58,346 bases of DNA, taken from a bacterium. GTDB taxonomy: Bacteria > Bacteroidota > Ignavibacteria > UBA10030. The stretch lies in NCBI GenBank assembly GCA_043803945.1, contig JAZDJN010000059.1, forward strand, positions 1-58,346, written 5' to 3'. Below, in pieces: positions 1 through 9,711 of this stretch. The position numbers and the translations under genes are program-made. Position 1 is the first letter of the stretch. The number at the start of each line of letters is the position of its first letter. The notes under the pieces are model-generated. The model saw only the letters and a program-made list of their open reading frames with translations. It did not search any database and was not told the DNA's origin.

Positions 1-315
1 GCGACCGATGCTGTTTACGCAATTACGACAGCCAATGAGCAGTTGATCCCGACAGTCTTCAGTCTCGATCAGAACTACCCGAATCCCTTCAATCCCTCGA
101 CGACAATTCGCTACGGTTTGCCAAAGGATGTGAAGGTAACGCTGGATGTCTATGATCTTCTTGGAAGAAAAGTTGCCTCCCTGGTGAACGCGGAACAAAA
201 AGCCGGATACTATTCGGTGGTGTTCCAGAACCGTTCCTTCTCAAGCGGCGTCTATATCTATCGCGTTGCCGCCGGAGAATACAAGGCGTCGAAGAAGTTT
301 GTGTTGATCAAGTGA
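1..315 (+). CDS. 3' end (partial) of a T9SS type-A sorting domain protein
   Basis: Frame open from base 1; ends LDQNYPNPFNPSTTIRYGLP...SSGVYIYRV...KKFVLIK, a typical T9SS C-terminal domain. Confidence 0.9.
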   Translation, partial: ATDAVYAITTANEQLIPTVFSLDQNYPNPFNPSTTIRYGLPKDVKVTLDVYDLLGRKVASLVNAEQKAGYYSVVFQNRSFSSGVYIYRVAAGEYKASKKFVLIK

Positions 316-367
316 GCGCAGAGCGTATATGAAACCTCTGAGAGATTAGGGGCAATGTTCCCGATGA

Positions 368-406
368 AAATCCCTCTGTCAAGAAACCTGGTTGGCAGAG
401 GGATTT
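368..406 (+). terminator. Stem-loop, probable intrinsic terminator
   Basis: AAATCCCTCTGTCAA...TTGGCAGAGGGATTT inverted repeat about 50 nt after the stop at 315. Confidence 0.55.
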
Positions 407-506
407 CTCTGTACTCGATAAGGGGAATCGGTGTTAAAATTCCATCTTACCTGACTCAACTTCTTAGGAAATCTGATTTGCTGATGCTATGCAGGAAGAA
501 GAATCC

Positions 507-605
507 TTTTAATGTTGGGTTGATCTGAATCGTACGGTTCCCGGCACCCCGTTTACAGAACTCTGCAACAGGACAGTTACGACAATCCTCACACTGATAG
601 ATCCG
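507..605 (-). pseudogene. Short remnant of an IS1182-family-like transposase
   Basis: RIYQCEDCRNCPVAEFCKRGAGNRTIQINP resembles the Cys-rich C-terminal segment of IS1182 transposases; abuts the repeat at 615-789. Confidence 0.6.
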
Positions 606-614
606 TGCAAGCTT

Positions 615-789
615 GGGTGTCACGGTCCCTGCCCGACGTATTAGATCTAAAGAGGCAGGCGGGCACACCGTGACACTTCAAATATATATATTCAGCTTTG
701 TGCGTCACGAAATCCTGCCCTCCTCATTTGAATCTGTGTAGGTAGGCGGGGATTCGTGACGCCTGTTGTATTTCTTTTTGGACAACCTT
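615..789 (-). mobile_element. IS1182-like MITE, copy 1 (one terminal repeat plus double hairpin)
   Basis: Highly similar to 33379-33553; ends TTTTTGGACAACCT; two hairpins GTGTCACGG..CCGTGACAC and GCGTCACGAA..TTCGTGACGC. Confidence 0.75.
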
Positions 790-1165
790 CCGGCCAGCTC
801 CACCGCAGCGGGAGCGAGGCGAGTGAGATTCTTCGGGAAGCTGCAGATTAATCTCGTTGAGAATTCCATCGATCTTACCGAATACCTCGATAGTGTACTT
901 TTTAGACAATCCCAAAATGCTCCTCACATACGAACAACATTTCATCAACCAGTCTACGCACCATCTATCTCCCATATAAACAGGTGGAACATACATTGTC
1001 TCCTCCTTTGGAAGTACTATGCTGAGTAGTTACCTAAAATGATGTAAATGCATTATTGAGTCCAGGAGCATTGTTTCTCATTATTCATATGAATAATACC
1101 TATCTTTCAGAAAGGTATGAAGCGGAAGTGTTGACTATTGTACTCTTAATCTTAAAAGGTGCTCT

Positions 1166-4100
1166 ATGAAATCCTTGCTCACCATCTGTTGCAGTATTGC
1201 AGTGACGATCATTCTGTTCGAATCGGTTGTTGATGCACAATCTATAACGAATTATTCTCTTGCAGCGTCCAGCGGAAGTTATACACCATTGAGCAGCGGG
1301 ACGGCGGTCTCGTGGTCCGGCGCAAACTACTCTCCGGCAATACCTCTTGGATTTGATTTCTACTATATGGGAACGAAGTACAAGCAAGTATATACATCGT
1401 GGGCAGGTTTTCTCACCTTCAACAGCGCAGCTCTCTCACATGATCCTTACACAGAAGGAAATCATTTAGGTTCAAGCATTACCGAGTTCCGGCCATTGAT
1501 TGCTCCACTCTGGGATGATGCAGTAAACAGCGCTTCAGGGAAATACAGAACGGATGGAATTACCGGCAACCGTACCTTTACCTTTGAATGGGTCTCAGTG
1601 AAATGGGCACCTTTTGCAGGTGACGCTACAATTTCTTACCAGCTGATTTTGTATGAAGCTACGGGGAAGATTGAATTTGTCTATCAACAGCTAGATGGAG
1701 ATATCAATAATCCAAGTGCTTCCATTGGACTTGCAGCCGCCGGAACCGGTGCCAATAATTTCCTTTCGCTCGATACAACCGGAACACATCCCAATGCAAG
1801 TTCCACAATTGCATTTGATTCTCTTAATGCAAAACCAGCAACCGGTCAGGTATATGCGTTTACTCCAGCAGGAACTTCTGCTCCCACGAATTTGACCTTC
1901 TCCAATGTTGGTGCACGCGGGATGGATCTTCACTGGACCGACACTGCAACGGATGAACTTCGGTATGAGATATATTCTTCAACCGATGGAACGACGTATG
2001 CCTATGTTGATTCTGTTGCAGCGAATAGCAATTACTACACTGCAAAATATCTTTCGCCAAATACAACATATTATTGGAAGGTGTTTGCCGTACGTGAATT
2101 TCTGAGCACGCCGCTGACTAGTTCACAGACAACGGGCAGCCCTTCGCTTTCGGGCACAAAAACAGTTGGCCCAACGGGTGAGTATCCCACACTCACCGCA
2201 GCAGTCTCCGCAATAAATCTTTACGGTTTAATTGGAAACCTGATTCTTGAACTCCAGGGCAGCTATTCGAGTGCATTAGAAACATTTCCGATCACGTTTG
2301 CAAACCTCAGCAACGCCGCAGACAAAACAGTAACAATCCGGCCGGCAATAGGGGCAAGTAATCTGACAATTTCTGGTGCCTCGACATCTTCTATGATTAT
2401 ATTCAATGCGGGGGACTATATCACCATCGATGGAAGACCGGGAGGAACCGGTTCATCACAAGAATTGACAATTCAAAACATCGAGACATCCGGCGGTTCG
2501 GCAATTTCGTTCTCGAACGACGCAACAAATAATATCGTACGCTATTGCAAACTGAAATCGATCGATACGTTAGCTAACCGAGGCGTTGTATTTTTTGGTA
2601 CAACGGCAATTGAAACCGGTGTGGGAAACGACAATAACACGATCGATCATTGCGATATCGATGCCTCTCAATCCGGGCTCGGTATATATTCTGTCGGTTC
2701 AACTGCAACAAACAGAAATAGCGGTAACGTCATCAGCAGCAACACTATTCATGATTTCTATCCTTTTCAATATTCAACGACAGCGTTGGCGGCAGGCGTA
2801 TATCTTGGTTTAGGCAATAAGGAGTGGATAATCACTGGCAACAGTATTTATCAAACGGCGACGCGTCCGTACGTTAAACCAACAATTGGAGCGTCAGCGA
2901 CATATTATGGAGTTGTCGTTAATGATCAATCGGATGGATACTCATTCGATATATCCAATAATTATATTGGGGGGAGTGCTGCGAACGCCGGCGGCAATGC
3001 ATGGACGATGAGTGGAGCAATGAAATTCTGGGCCATCTATTTTGGCGGTACCAATACGAATGCACCAGCACCTTCCAGCATTCAGGGAAATACGATAACA
3101 AATATTAATATCTCATCGTCATTTCCTACGGTGAGTGATATATTCTCTGGCATCTATATCCAATACGGACCTGTGGATATCGGCACCACGACTGGGAACA
3201 TCATCGGTTCTGAAACAACGACCGATGCAATTTCAATCACCCTAGCTTCTTCATCACCTGCGTTGTATGGGTGGGTCTCAGGTATTCGCAGAGTAAATAA
3301 TCACAGCGGAAGCACTTCAAACAACATCGTAGGCGGATTTACGCTTGCTTCTCTGGATCCATCGGTTGCGATTTATTTTTATGGCATTTATGTTTCTGGT
3401 ACCGGAAGTATCAGCAACAATATTATTGGAAACCGCACAGTGGCAAACAGCATCGTTAATAGTTCGGGAGGCAGCTTCACTGGAACAGGATTTATCTCCT
3501 ACGGCATTTATGCCTCGACGGGTGGCCTCGTTGTATCTGGAAATACGATTGCCAATCTCAATTTCAGTTCGACCGGTTCAGGATGCCAGTTCATCGGCAT
3601 CAATTCCATCAATGGCAGTTCATCGATCGAGCGTGCCATTGCCAATAATACGATCCGTGATATTACACTTGCAGGTACAAGCGCCACACTTATCACAGGA
3701 ATAAAACTTACAGTACCTATTACTAGCGGCTATACGTATTCAATTTCTGGAAATCAGGTCTTTAATATCCAAAGTACACATACAACAGCGGCTGTTGGTC
3801 TGCGTGGTATTTGGATTATGGGATCGACGAAACCGGGTGTGGTGGAGAAAAATCTGATCCATGGATTATCCATGGCAACGAGTTCTGAAGCGACGGTAAT
3901 GCTAGGATTCTATGTCAGAACAGGTTCTACGTTCCGGAACAACATTGTCCGGCTTGGCATAGATGCAAGCGGCAATTCAATAACCTCACCGATCAATATA
4001 TGGGGATTCTATAAAGATATATCCTCTATCAACAACAGTTACTTTCACAATACAGTATATATCGGTGGGAGTGGTGTAACAACCGGAGCCAAAAGTACTT

Positions 4101-7100
4101 CTGCGTTTTGCAGCGCAGTGAGCACTGGAACAGATACGTTATGGAACAATATTTTCATGAACGCCCGTTCTTCCGTTGATTCCAGCGGAACACATTTTGC
4201 AATTTTGCTGCCCAATATAAATGTGATCAGCGACTATAATGTGTACTATGTCAATGGTAAGGGAGGAAACATTGCTTCCTTCGATAATGCGACAACTTCG
4301 TTGAATTCTATAAATGCGATCCGTGAGAGGTTGGTGCACCAGATTCACGAGAATCAGGAACTTCACTCTGCTGTCGGCGATCCACACTTTGTGAATACAT
4401 CGGGAGCTGCGTTTGATCTTCACGTTCAATCCCCGACACCCGCCGAAGGATCTGGACTTCCTTTAGCATCTGTTACTACGGATTTTACCGGCAACTTGCG
4501 CAGCAGCTATACTCCAACCGATATCGGTGCATACGCAGGCACGTTCACGCTGGCTGACTATTTCACACCGAATATTTCATATACCAATCTGACTCCCGGC
4601 CGTGTTGGAAGTACACGGGTAGCCGCAGGCATAACAATTACCGATGTTGGTTCGGGTGTGCCTACGTCCGGCGGCTACAAACCGCGTATCTGGTTCCGTA
4701 ACCAAACAAAGAGCAGTGCCTGGGCAAGTGTAGCGGGTGTGCTCCAATCCGGAAATGGAAATAATGGAGAGTGGAATTTTACCATCGACTATGCGCTGAG
4801 CGGTGGAACGCCAGCGATGGGAGATACGATTCAATATTATTTCACAGCTCAAGACCAGGAATCGACGCCGAATATTTGGTACAGTCCGTATGTGGGTGCA
4901 AACCATTCGGATGTTGCAGCACAAATATCGGCGCCGATTACACCGCAAACATACGTTATCCTCGGTGAATTGAGCGGCACATTGAACGTCCCCGGCGATT
5001 ATTCATCATTGACAAAAAGCGATGGATTGTTCGCCGCTCTGAGAAATGCCGTGCTCGCGGGCGACCTGACAATCAACATTACTGCTGATCTTACTGAAGA
5101 TGGAGCAATGTCATTAGCGAGTGTCTTTCAGGAGGTTCCAGGTACGTATCACCTCTCTATCCGACCGAACGGGACGACCGTGCGAACGATCTCCGGTGCT
5201 GGAGCATCGGGCTTGATTATGCTGGATGGTGTTCGGGATGTGGTGATTGATGGAAGGTATGGCGGCAGCGGGAAATATCTGTTGTTCAGGAATACAGCCA
5301 ATGCACCGACGCTGACATTTTCTAATGATGCCAGTCTGAACACGATTGTTTCGTGCACATTCGAAGGTGCGCCTACATCAACAACAAAGGGCGTTGTTAC
5401 ATTCGCTGCCGGTTTTACGACAGGGAACAATCAAAACACGATCAGCGGATGCACTATCCGGAGCCGAAGTGATTCCTCGAGAACACCAATGATTGGAATT
5501 TTTTGTGTTCCGTTCGGTGACGTAGAGGGTACCGTAGGTGGTTCAAATAATTCTATTGTACAATGTGAGATCTTTGATTTTAGTATGTTTGGAATCATCG
5601 TCAATAGCGCGGTTCAGGAAGAGACTGGGAACACTACCGCGTATCAGAATTGGACTATTACCGGTAATACCATCTATGGACTGACGGAACAAACGAGTTC
5701 ATCTCAATATCAGTCCGGTGTCCTGACTGGCATATCACTCACTTCTGGCGGAACAGCAAATACTATCTCCAACAATATAATCAGAGATCTTACCACAATT
5801 GATTATTATGTGAATGGCATTGTCGTCACAGGATCCACTGCCATCATCAGCGGCAACAAGCTCTATAATCTGGTGAGCAGGCCAGCCGGCGGATATATTT
5901 ATGGCATTAATGTGACCGGTTCACAACCAGCGACGGTGAGAGTGTTCAACAACATCATTTCACTTGTCACCAACGATAGTTCCGGAGCATATGTCATCGG
6001 ATTAGGAGATCAATATTATCATGATTTGGCAAAATCGTATTTTGAGTATAACACGGTTTACATTAGAGGAACGGCACCGGCAGATCCTTCAAACGGCCAA
6101 TGGTCGTGTGGCTATTATCGGCAGGGATATGGAGAAAGTTATCTGCGGAACAACATTCTGATTTGCAAACGAGTGTACACCGGTGATCGGTACGAAAATC
6201 CCATTGCCGATGATCAAAGTGGTGGTGTGTTAATATCGAACTACAATTTCTGCGCAGGAAACGGATTCTGGGCAGGCAGTATTGGAATGTTGGATATTGC
6301 GGGGTGGCGGAGTGCCGGATATGGTGATTCTTCGTCGTGGGTTATGAGTGCCGATAGCATTACCACGGACAGTCTCTTTACCGATGCAGCCAACCATGAT
6401 CTTAACATCAAAACAAATAGTCCGTACGCGTGGTACGTAAACGGCAAAGGCATCCCTCTTGCCAGTGTTGCGTCCGATTGGAATGGAACACCGCGCAGCG
6501 TATCTGTCGCAAATGGAGCGACAGATATCGGCATGGATGAATTTACGCCCTCCTCACTTCCACCGCTGGCGAAAGTAGACAAGTCCCCAATGCTCCGCGA
6601 TTCTTCCATCTTCTCATTTGCGGGGAGGATGCTCGGAGTCGTCCGGTGGGATTCTACTGGAACGGTACCTGACTCAGTACAATTCCGCTACTATTCTGGA
6701 ACGCCGCTTCCCGGTTCGCCAGAACAGAAGCATAGTGATGGTTATTGGGGAATTCAGGCAATTGGAGGATCCGGATATCGCTATGACCTCTCGCTCAACT
6801 TCGATGATGCAATACTCGGGACGATCATTTCGATAGATGCGATGAAAATGTTGAAGAGAGATGGTGGAGCATGGCAAATGCTCGGGAATTCAACCGTGAA
6901 CCTCTCGAACAAAACAATCAGTGTTAAAGGATTAACATTGTTTTCAGAGTTTGCAATCGGTGATACCTCTAACGTCGTTACCCCGCCTGGTGCTGGAGTG
7001 TTTACGCCATCGAAAACGATTGTCAGCTTCGGAACAGTCAGAAGAGGTACTGTTAAAGTTGATAGCGTCTTCATTAAAAATACCGGCACCGATAGTCTTA

Positions 7101-9181
7101 AGATTACCTCTGTAGTATCGTCCAATACTCACTTTACGATTTCTCCAAAGGATACTGTGGTGAAAGTAGCGGATTCGATCCGTTATTTCATCACCTTCCA
7201 TCCCGATGCTGTTGCTAAGGATACAGCGTTCATCCTGTTCTCCCATGGCTCACCGGTAAAGGTCGATACGGTGAAGGTAGTAGGCACGAGCATCTGGCCA
7301 ATCTTCTCGGCTTCTGCTGATAGTATCCAGTTTCCGCGAACGCTGGTCGGTTCTTCGAAAGTGGATACATTGGCGGTGATCAATACAGGAACAGCGGATC
7401 TCATCATTACCTCAGTGACAAGCTCCGATACATCACAATTCAAAGTAGTACCACTCACTGATACCTTGAGCATCGGAGAGAAAGGGAAATTCGCTGTACG
7501 ATTCATCCCTTCTTCACCGGGAAGTAAGAATGCAACAATAGTGTTTTCTCAGAATAGTCCACTGTCACCCTTTACACTGAAAATCAGCGGTATTGGAGGT
7601 GCGACAACTCCGCCGTGGTCGGTTGTACAAAACACCGGGAAAAATGCAAATATCGCCATTCCAAACTCCATTAATCCAGCCATTGGAAGCCAGGTGTTAA
7701 AGACAGGTGATGCAGTGGGTGTCTTCTTTAAGCGAAACGACAGTCTGTTCTGTGCAGGGTATACAGCATGGCAGGAAGGACAAAACGCTGCAATAACAGC
7801 ATGGGGTGATAATGATCAAACGCCTATGAAGGATGGTTTGACAGAAGCTGAGTTGATGCAGTATAAAATATGGAGTGCGGAGCTTGATCGGGAGTATACA
7901 GCGAAAGTTCTCTATCAATCAGGCCCGAGTGTTAATTATCAGACGAATGGTATCTATGTCCTTAGTTCTCTGGTCGGAATGATAACGATAACACATAATA
8001 TTGTTCTTCCTAAGGGTTGGAATATGATTTCGAGTTTTGTCATGCCGAAAGATACTCTAGTCGACACCCTGTTTGCAGCGGTGAAACTGCGCCTCACCAT
8101 TATGAAAAACAATGGAGGACAAGTCTATTGGCCGGGGCAAAGCATTAATACAATCCAATCCTGGAATAAGTACCATGCCTATCAGATTTATATGCAGTCT
8201 AAAGATACGTTACGTTTTCTCGGCGAAGAGATCGATCCGCAACTGACACCGATCTCGCTGCCCCAGGGGTGGAATCTATCACCGTATTTACGCAATACCG
8301 AGATGCGTGTTGATTCGGCACTGAAAACAATTGAGAGTTCTTTAATCATCGTAAAGTCTGGCATTGGGAAAATTTACTGGCCGACGTTTGCCATTAATAC
8401 GATCGGCACGATGAAGCCAGGTCAGGGCTACCAGTTCTATACCGTTGCATCATCAACGTTAACATATCCATCGAATACTGGAAGTGCACCGCCCACCGTT
8501 TTTACAAAGATCGCATTGGCGGAAGGTGAGACAATTGTTCTAGAGCCAACTCATTATAAACCAGGAAACACTGAAACCGGATCGAATGCGATCATATTGG
8601 TTCAGAATGGTAAATTAAATGACGGAGATGAAATTGGCGTTTGGACATCAATGAATAAGTTGGTCGGAAGCGGGATAGCTCTCCATGGGAAGGCAGTTGT
8701 GACAATATGGGGAGATAATTCTATGACCTCGGAATCAAAGGAAGGTGCATCGGAGGGAGAAGTATTAACACTAACTCGCTGGTCGCAGAAGGAAGAACCG
8801 GTCTCCATAATCTCATTGGTTAATGGACTGACGAATGCCGTGGAACCTTGTGTATTGTGCTATCGGGCCGATGCCCTTTGGATAGCGGATGTTAAAACGG
8901 CCGCAGAGATGATTCCGGTTCAATTTATACTTGACCAGAACTATCCGAATCCCTTCAACCCATCGACAACCATTCACTACGGCTTGCCGAAGGATGTGAA
9001 GGTTTCCTTGGACATCTATGACCTCCTTGGCAAGAAAGTTGCCTCGCTTGTAAATTCAGAGCAGAAAGCGGGTAATTATACTGTGGTGTTCCAGAATCAA
9101 TCACTCTCAAGCGGAGTCTACTTCTATACGATTGTTGCTGGAGATTTTAAATCGACGAAGAAATTAGTCCTCTTAAAGTGA
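1166..9181 (+). CDS. Giant T9SS-secreted protein (2671 aa): FN3, two parallel beta-helix modules, Ig-like domains, GWN repeats, type-A CTD
   Basis: Signal peptide ending VDA-Q; FN3-like APTNLTF..LHW..YYWKVFA; many IxGNxI repeats; NTG..L.ITSV Ig-like repeats; QNYPNPFNPST CTD. Confidence 0.9.
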   Translation: MKSLLTICCSIAVTIILFESVVDAQSITNYSLAASSGSYTPLSSGTAVSWSGANYSPAIPLGFDFYYMGTKYKQVYTSWAGFLTFNSAALSHDPYTEGNHLGSSITEFRPLIAPLWDDAVNSASGKYRTDGITGNRTFTFEWVSVKWAPFAGDATISYQLILYEATGKIEFVYQQLDGDINNPSASIGLAAAGTGANNFLSLDTTGTHPNASSTIAFDSLNAKPATGQVYAFTPAGTSAPTNLTFSNVGARGMDLHWTDTATDELRYEIYSSTDGTTYAYVDSVAANSNYYTAKYLSPNTTYYWKVFAVREFLSTPLTSSQTTGSPSLSGTKTVGPTGEYPTLTAAVSAINLYGLIGNLILELQGSYSSALETFPITFANLSNAADKTVTIRPAIGASNLTISGASTSSMIIFNAGDYITIDGRPGGTGSSQELTIQNIETSGGSAISFSNDATNNIVRYCKLKSIDTLANRGVVFFGTTAIETGVGNDNNTIDHCDIDASQSGLGIYSVGSTATNRNSGNVISSNTIHDFYPFQYSTTALAAGVYLGLGNKEWIITGNSIYQTATRPYVKPTIGASATYYGVVVNDQSDGYSFDISNNYIGGSAANAGGNAWTMSGAMKFWAIYFGGTNTNAPAPSSIQGNTITNINISSSFPTVSDIFSGIYIQYGPVDIGTTTGNIIGSETTTDAISITLASSSPALYGWVSGIRRVNNHSGSTSNNIVGGFTLASLDPSVAIYFYGIYVSGTGSISNNIIGNRTVANSIVNSSGGSFTGTGFISYGIYASTGGLVVSGNTIANLNFSSTGSGCQFIGINSINGSSSIERAIANNTIRDITLAGTSATLITGIKLTVPITSGYTYSISGNQVFNIQSTHTTAAVGLRGIWIMGSTKPGVVEKNLIHGLSMATSSEATVMLGFYVRTGSTFRNNIVRLGIDASGNSITSPINIWGFYKDISSINNSYFHNTVYIGGSGVTTGAKSTSAFCSAVSTGTDTLWNNIFMNARSSVDSSGTHFAILLPNINVISDYNVYYVNGKGGNIASFDNATTSLNSINAIRERLVHQIHENQELHSAVGDPHFVNTSGAAFDLHVQSPTPAEGSGLPLASVTTDFTGNLRSSYTPTDIGAYAGTFTLADYFTPNISYTNLTPGRVGSTRVAAGITITDVGSGVPTSGGYKPRIWFRNQTKSSAWASVAGVLQSGNGNNGEWNFTIDYALSGGTPAMGDTIQYYFTAQDQESTPNIWYSPYVGANHSDVAAQISAPITPQTYVILGELSGTLNVPGDYSSLTKSDGLFAALRNAVLAGDLTINITADLTEDGAMSLASVFQEVPGTYHLSIRPNGTTVRTISGAGASGLIMLDGVRDVVIDGRYGGSGKYLLFRNTANAPTLTFSNDASLNTIVSCTFEGAPTSTTKGVVTFAAGFTTGNNQNTISGCTIRSRSDSSRTPMIGIFCVPFGDVEGTVGGSNNSIVQCEIFDFSMFGIIVNSAVQEETGNTTAYQNWTITGNTIYGLTEQTSSSQYQSGVLTGISLTSGGTANTISNNIIRDLTTIDYYVNGIVVTGSTAIISGNKLYNLVSRPAGGYIYGINVTGSQPATVRVFNNIISLVTNDSSGAYVIGLGDQYYHDLAKSYFEYNTVYIRGTAPADPSNGQWSCGYYRQGYGESYLRNNILICKRVYTGDRYENPIADDQSGGVLISNYNFCAGNGFWAGSIGMLDIAGWRSAGYGDSSSWVMSADSITTDSLFTDAANHDLNIKTNSPYAWYVNGKGIPLASVASDWNGTPRSVSVANGATDIGMDEFTPSSLPPLAKVDKSPMLRDSSIFSFAGRMLGVVRWDSTGTVPDSVQFRYYSGTPLPGSPEQKHSDGYWGIQAIGGSGYRYDLSLNFDDAILGTIISIDAMKMLKRDGGAWQMLGNSTVNLSNKTISVKGLTLFSEFAIGDTSNVVTPPGAGVFTPSKTIVSFGTVRRGTVKVDSVFIKNTGTDSLKITSVVSSNTHFTISPKDTVVKVADSIRYFITFHPDAVAKDTAFILFSHGSPVKVDTVKVVGTSIWPIFSASADSIQFPRTLVGSSKVDTLAVINTGTADLIITSVTSSDTSQFKVVPLTDTLSIGEKGKFAVRFIPSSPGSKNATIVFSQNSPLSPFTLKISGIGGATTPPWSVVQNTGKNANIAIPNSINPAIGSQVLKTGDAVGVFFKRNDSLFCAGYTAWQEGQNAAITAWGDNDQTPMKDGLTEAELMQYKIWSAELDREYTAKVLYQSGPSVNYQTNGIYVLSSLVGMITITHNIVLPKGWNMISSFVMPKDTLVDTLFAAVKLRLTIMKNNGGQVYWPGQSINTIQSWNKYHAYQIYMQSKDTLRFLGEEIDPQLTPISLPQGWNLSPYLRNTEMRVDSALKTIESSLIIVKSGIGKIYWPTFAINTIGTMKPGQGYQFYTVASSTLTYPSNTGSAPPTVFTKIALAEGETIVLEPTHYKPGNTETGSNAIILVQNGKLNDGDEIGVWTSMNKLVGSGIALHGKAVVTIWGDNSMTSESKEGASEGEVLTLTRWSQKEEPVSIISLVNGLTNAVEPCVLCYRADALWIADVKTAAEMIPVQFILDQNYPNPFNPSTTIHYGLPKDVKVSLDIYDLLGKKVASLVNSEQKAGNYTVVFQNQSLSSGVYFYTIVAGDFKSTKKLVLLK

Positions 9182-9518
9182 GCTGCCAGAGATAAGCGAA
9201 AAATGTTTACGTTATCGGCGGTGCCGGTCCGAGAAGTTCCGGACCGGCATCACCAGATCGATGAGTTTCTCACAGCATTGTACCATCCCGCTGCAAGCAC
9301 ATGTTGTCTGGTCAAACAATATTTTCCCTCCCGTCTCCTGTACCAAATCGCCCTCTGTTGCATGCTTAGGCAAAGGAGGTTTTTCGCTCAAAAGGGAGGA
9401 GTGATAATCCAAAAAAATATTCCTCCCGACCTGTTCTCTCGCCTCATTATTCGTTGTTTCTATCGTAACGCATGAAATGTTCCCGGCGAATAATTTTTTT
9501 CCTTTGTGATTTCAAGAA

Positions 9519-9547
9519 TTGACTATGTACTTGAAATCAAGTACTAT
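9519..9547 (+). promoter_or_regulatory. sigma70-type promoter overlapped by an operator-like palindrome
   Basis: TTGACT(9519-9524)-17 nt-TACTAT(9542-9547); GTACTTGA-AA-TCAAGTAC palindrome at 9527-9544. Confidence 0.65.
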
Positions 9548-9711
9548 CATCACAGAGTCAACATGGGTTTGCTTGTTCTTGGTACCCTGAGAACAAATCA
9601 TCCATTCGAATCCTCACTAACGATTCTGGGGAGTTTATCGTCCTAACGATACAAGAATCGATGCAAGATTATTTTCGTGACTACCATTCAATTCAATTGA
9701 TGGAGGGATTT

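Noticed and set aside
724-1029. Overlapping ORFs 724-996(-) and 766-1029(+)
   Set aside because: They run into the MITE and have no motifs or clear RBS
43-9181. Similar DNA at the 3' ends of T9SS genes (about 60-315 versus 8930-9181) as a possible DGR template/variable repeat pair
   Set aside because: Both copies are coding CTDs, the differences are not adenine-specific, and no reverse transcriptase is present
9203-9475. Short ORFs between the giant genes; LIDLVMP resembles a receiver-domain motif
   Set aside because: The match is too short and no other receiver motifs are present
9560-9660. TTCGAATCC and hairpins suggesting a tRNA or riboswitch
   Set aside because: No cloverleaf or recognisable aptamer consensus; an Infernal/Rfam scan would be needed
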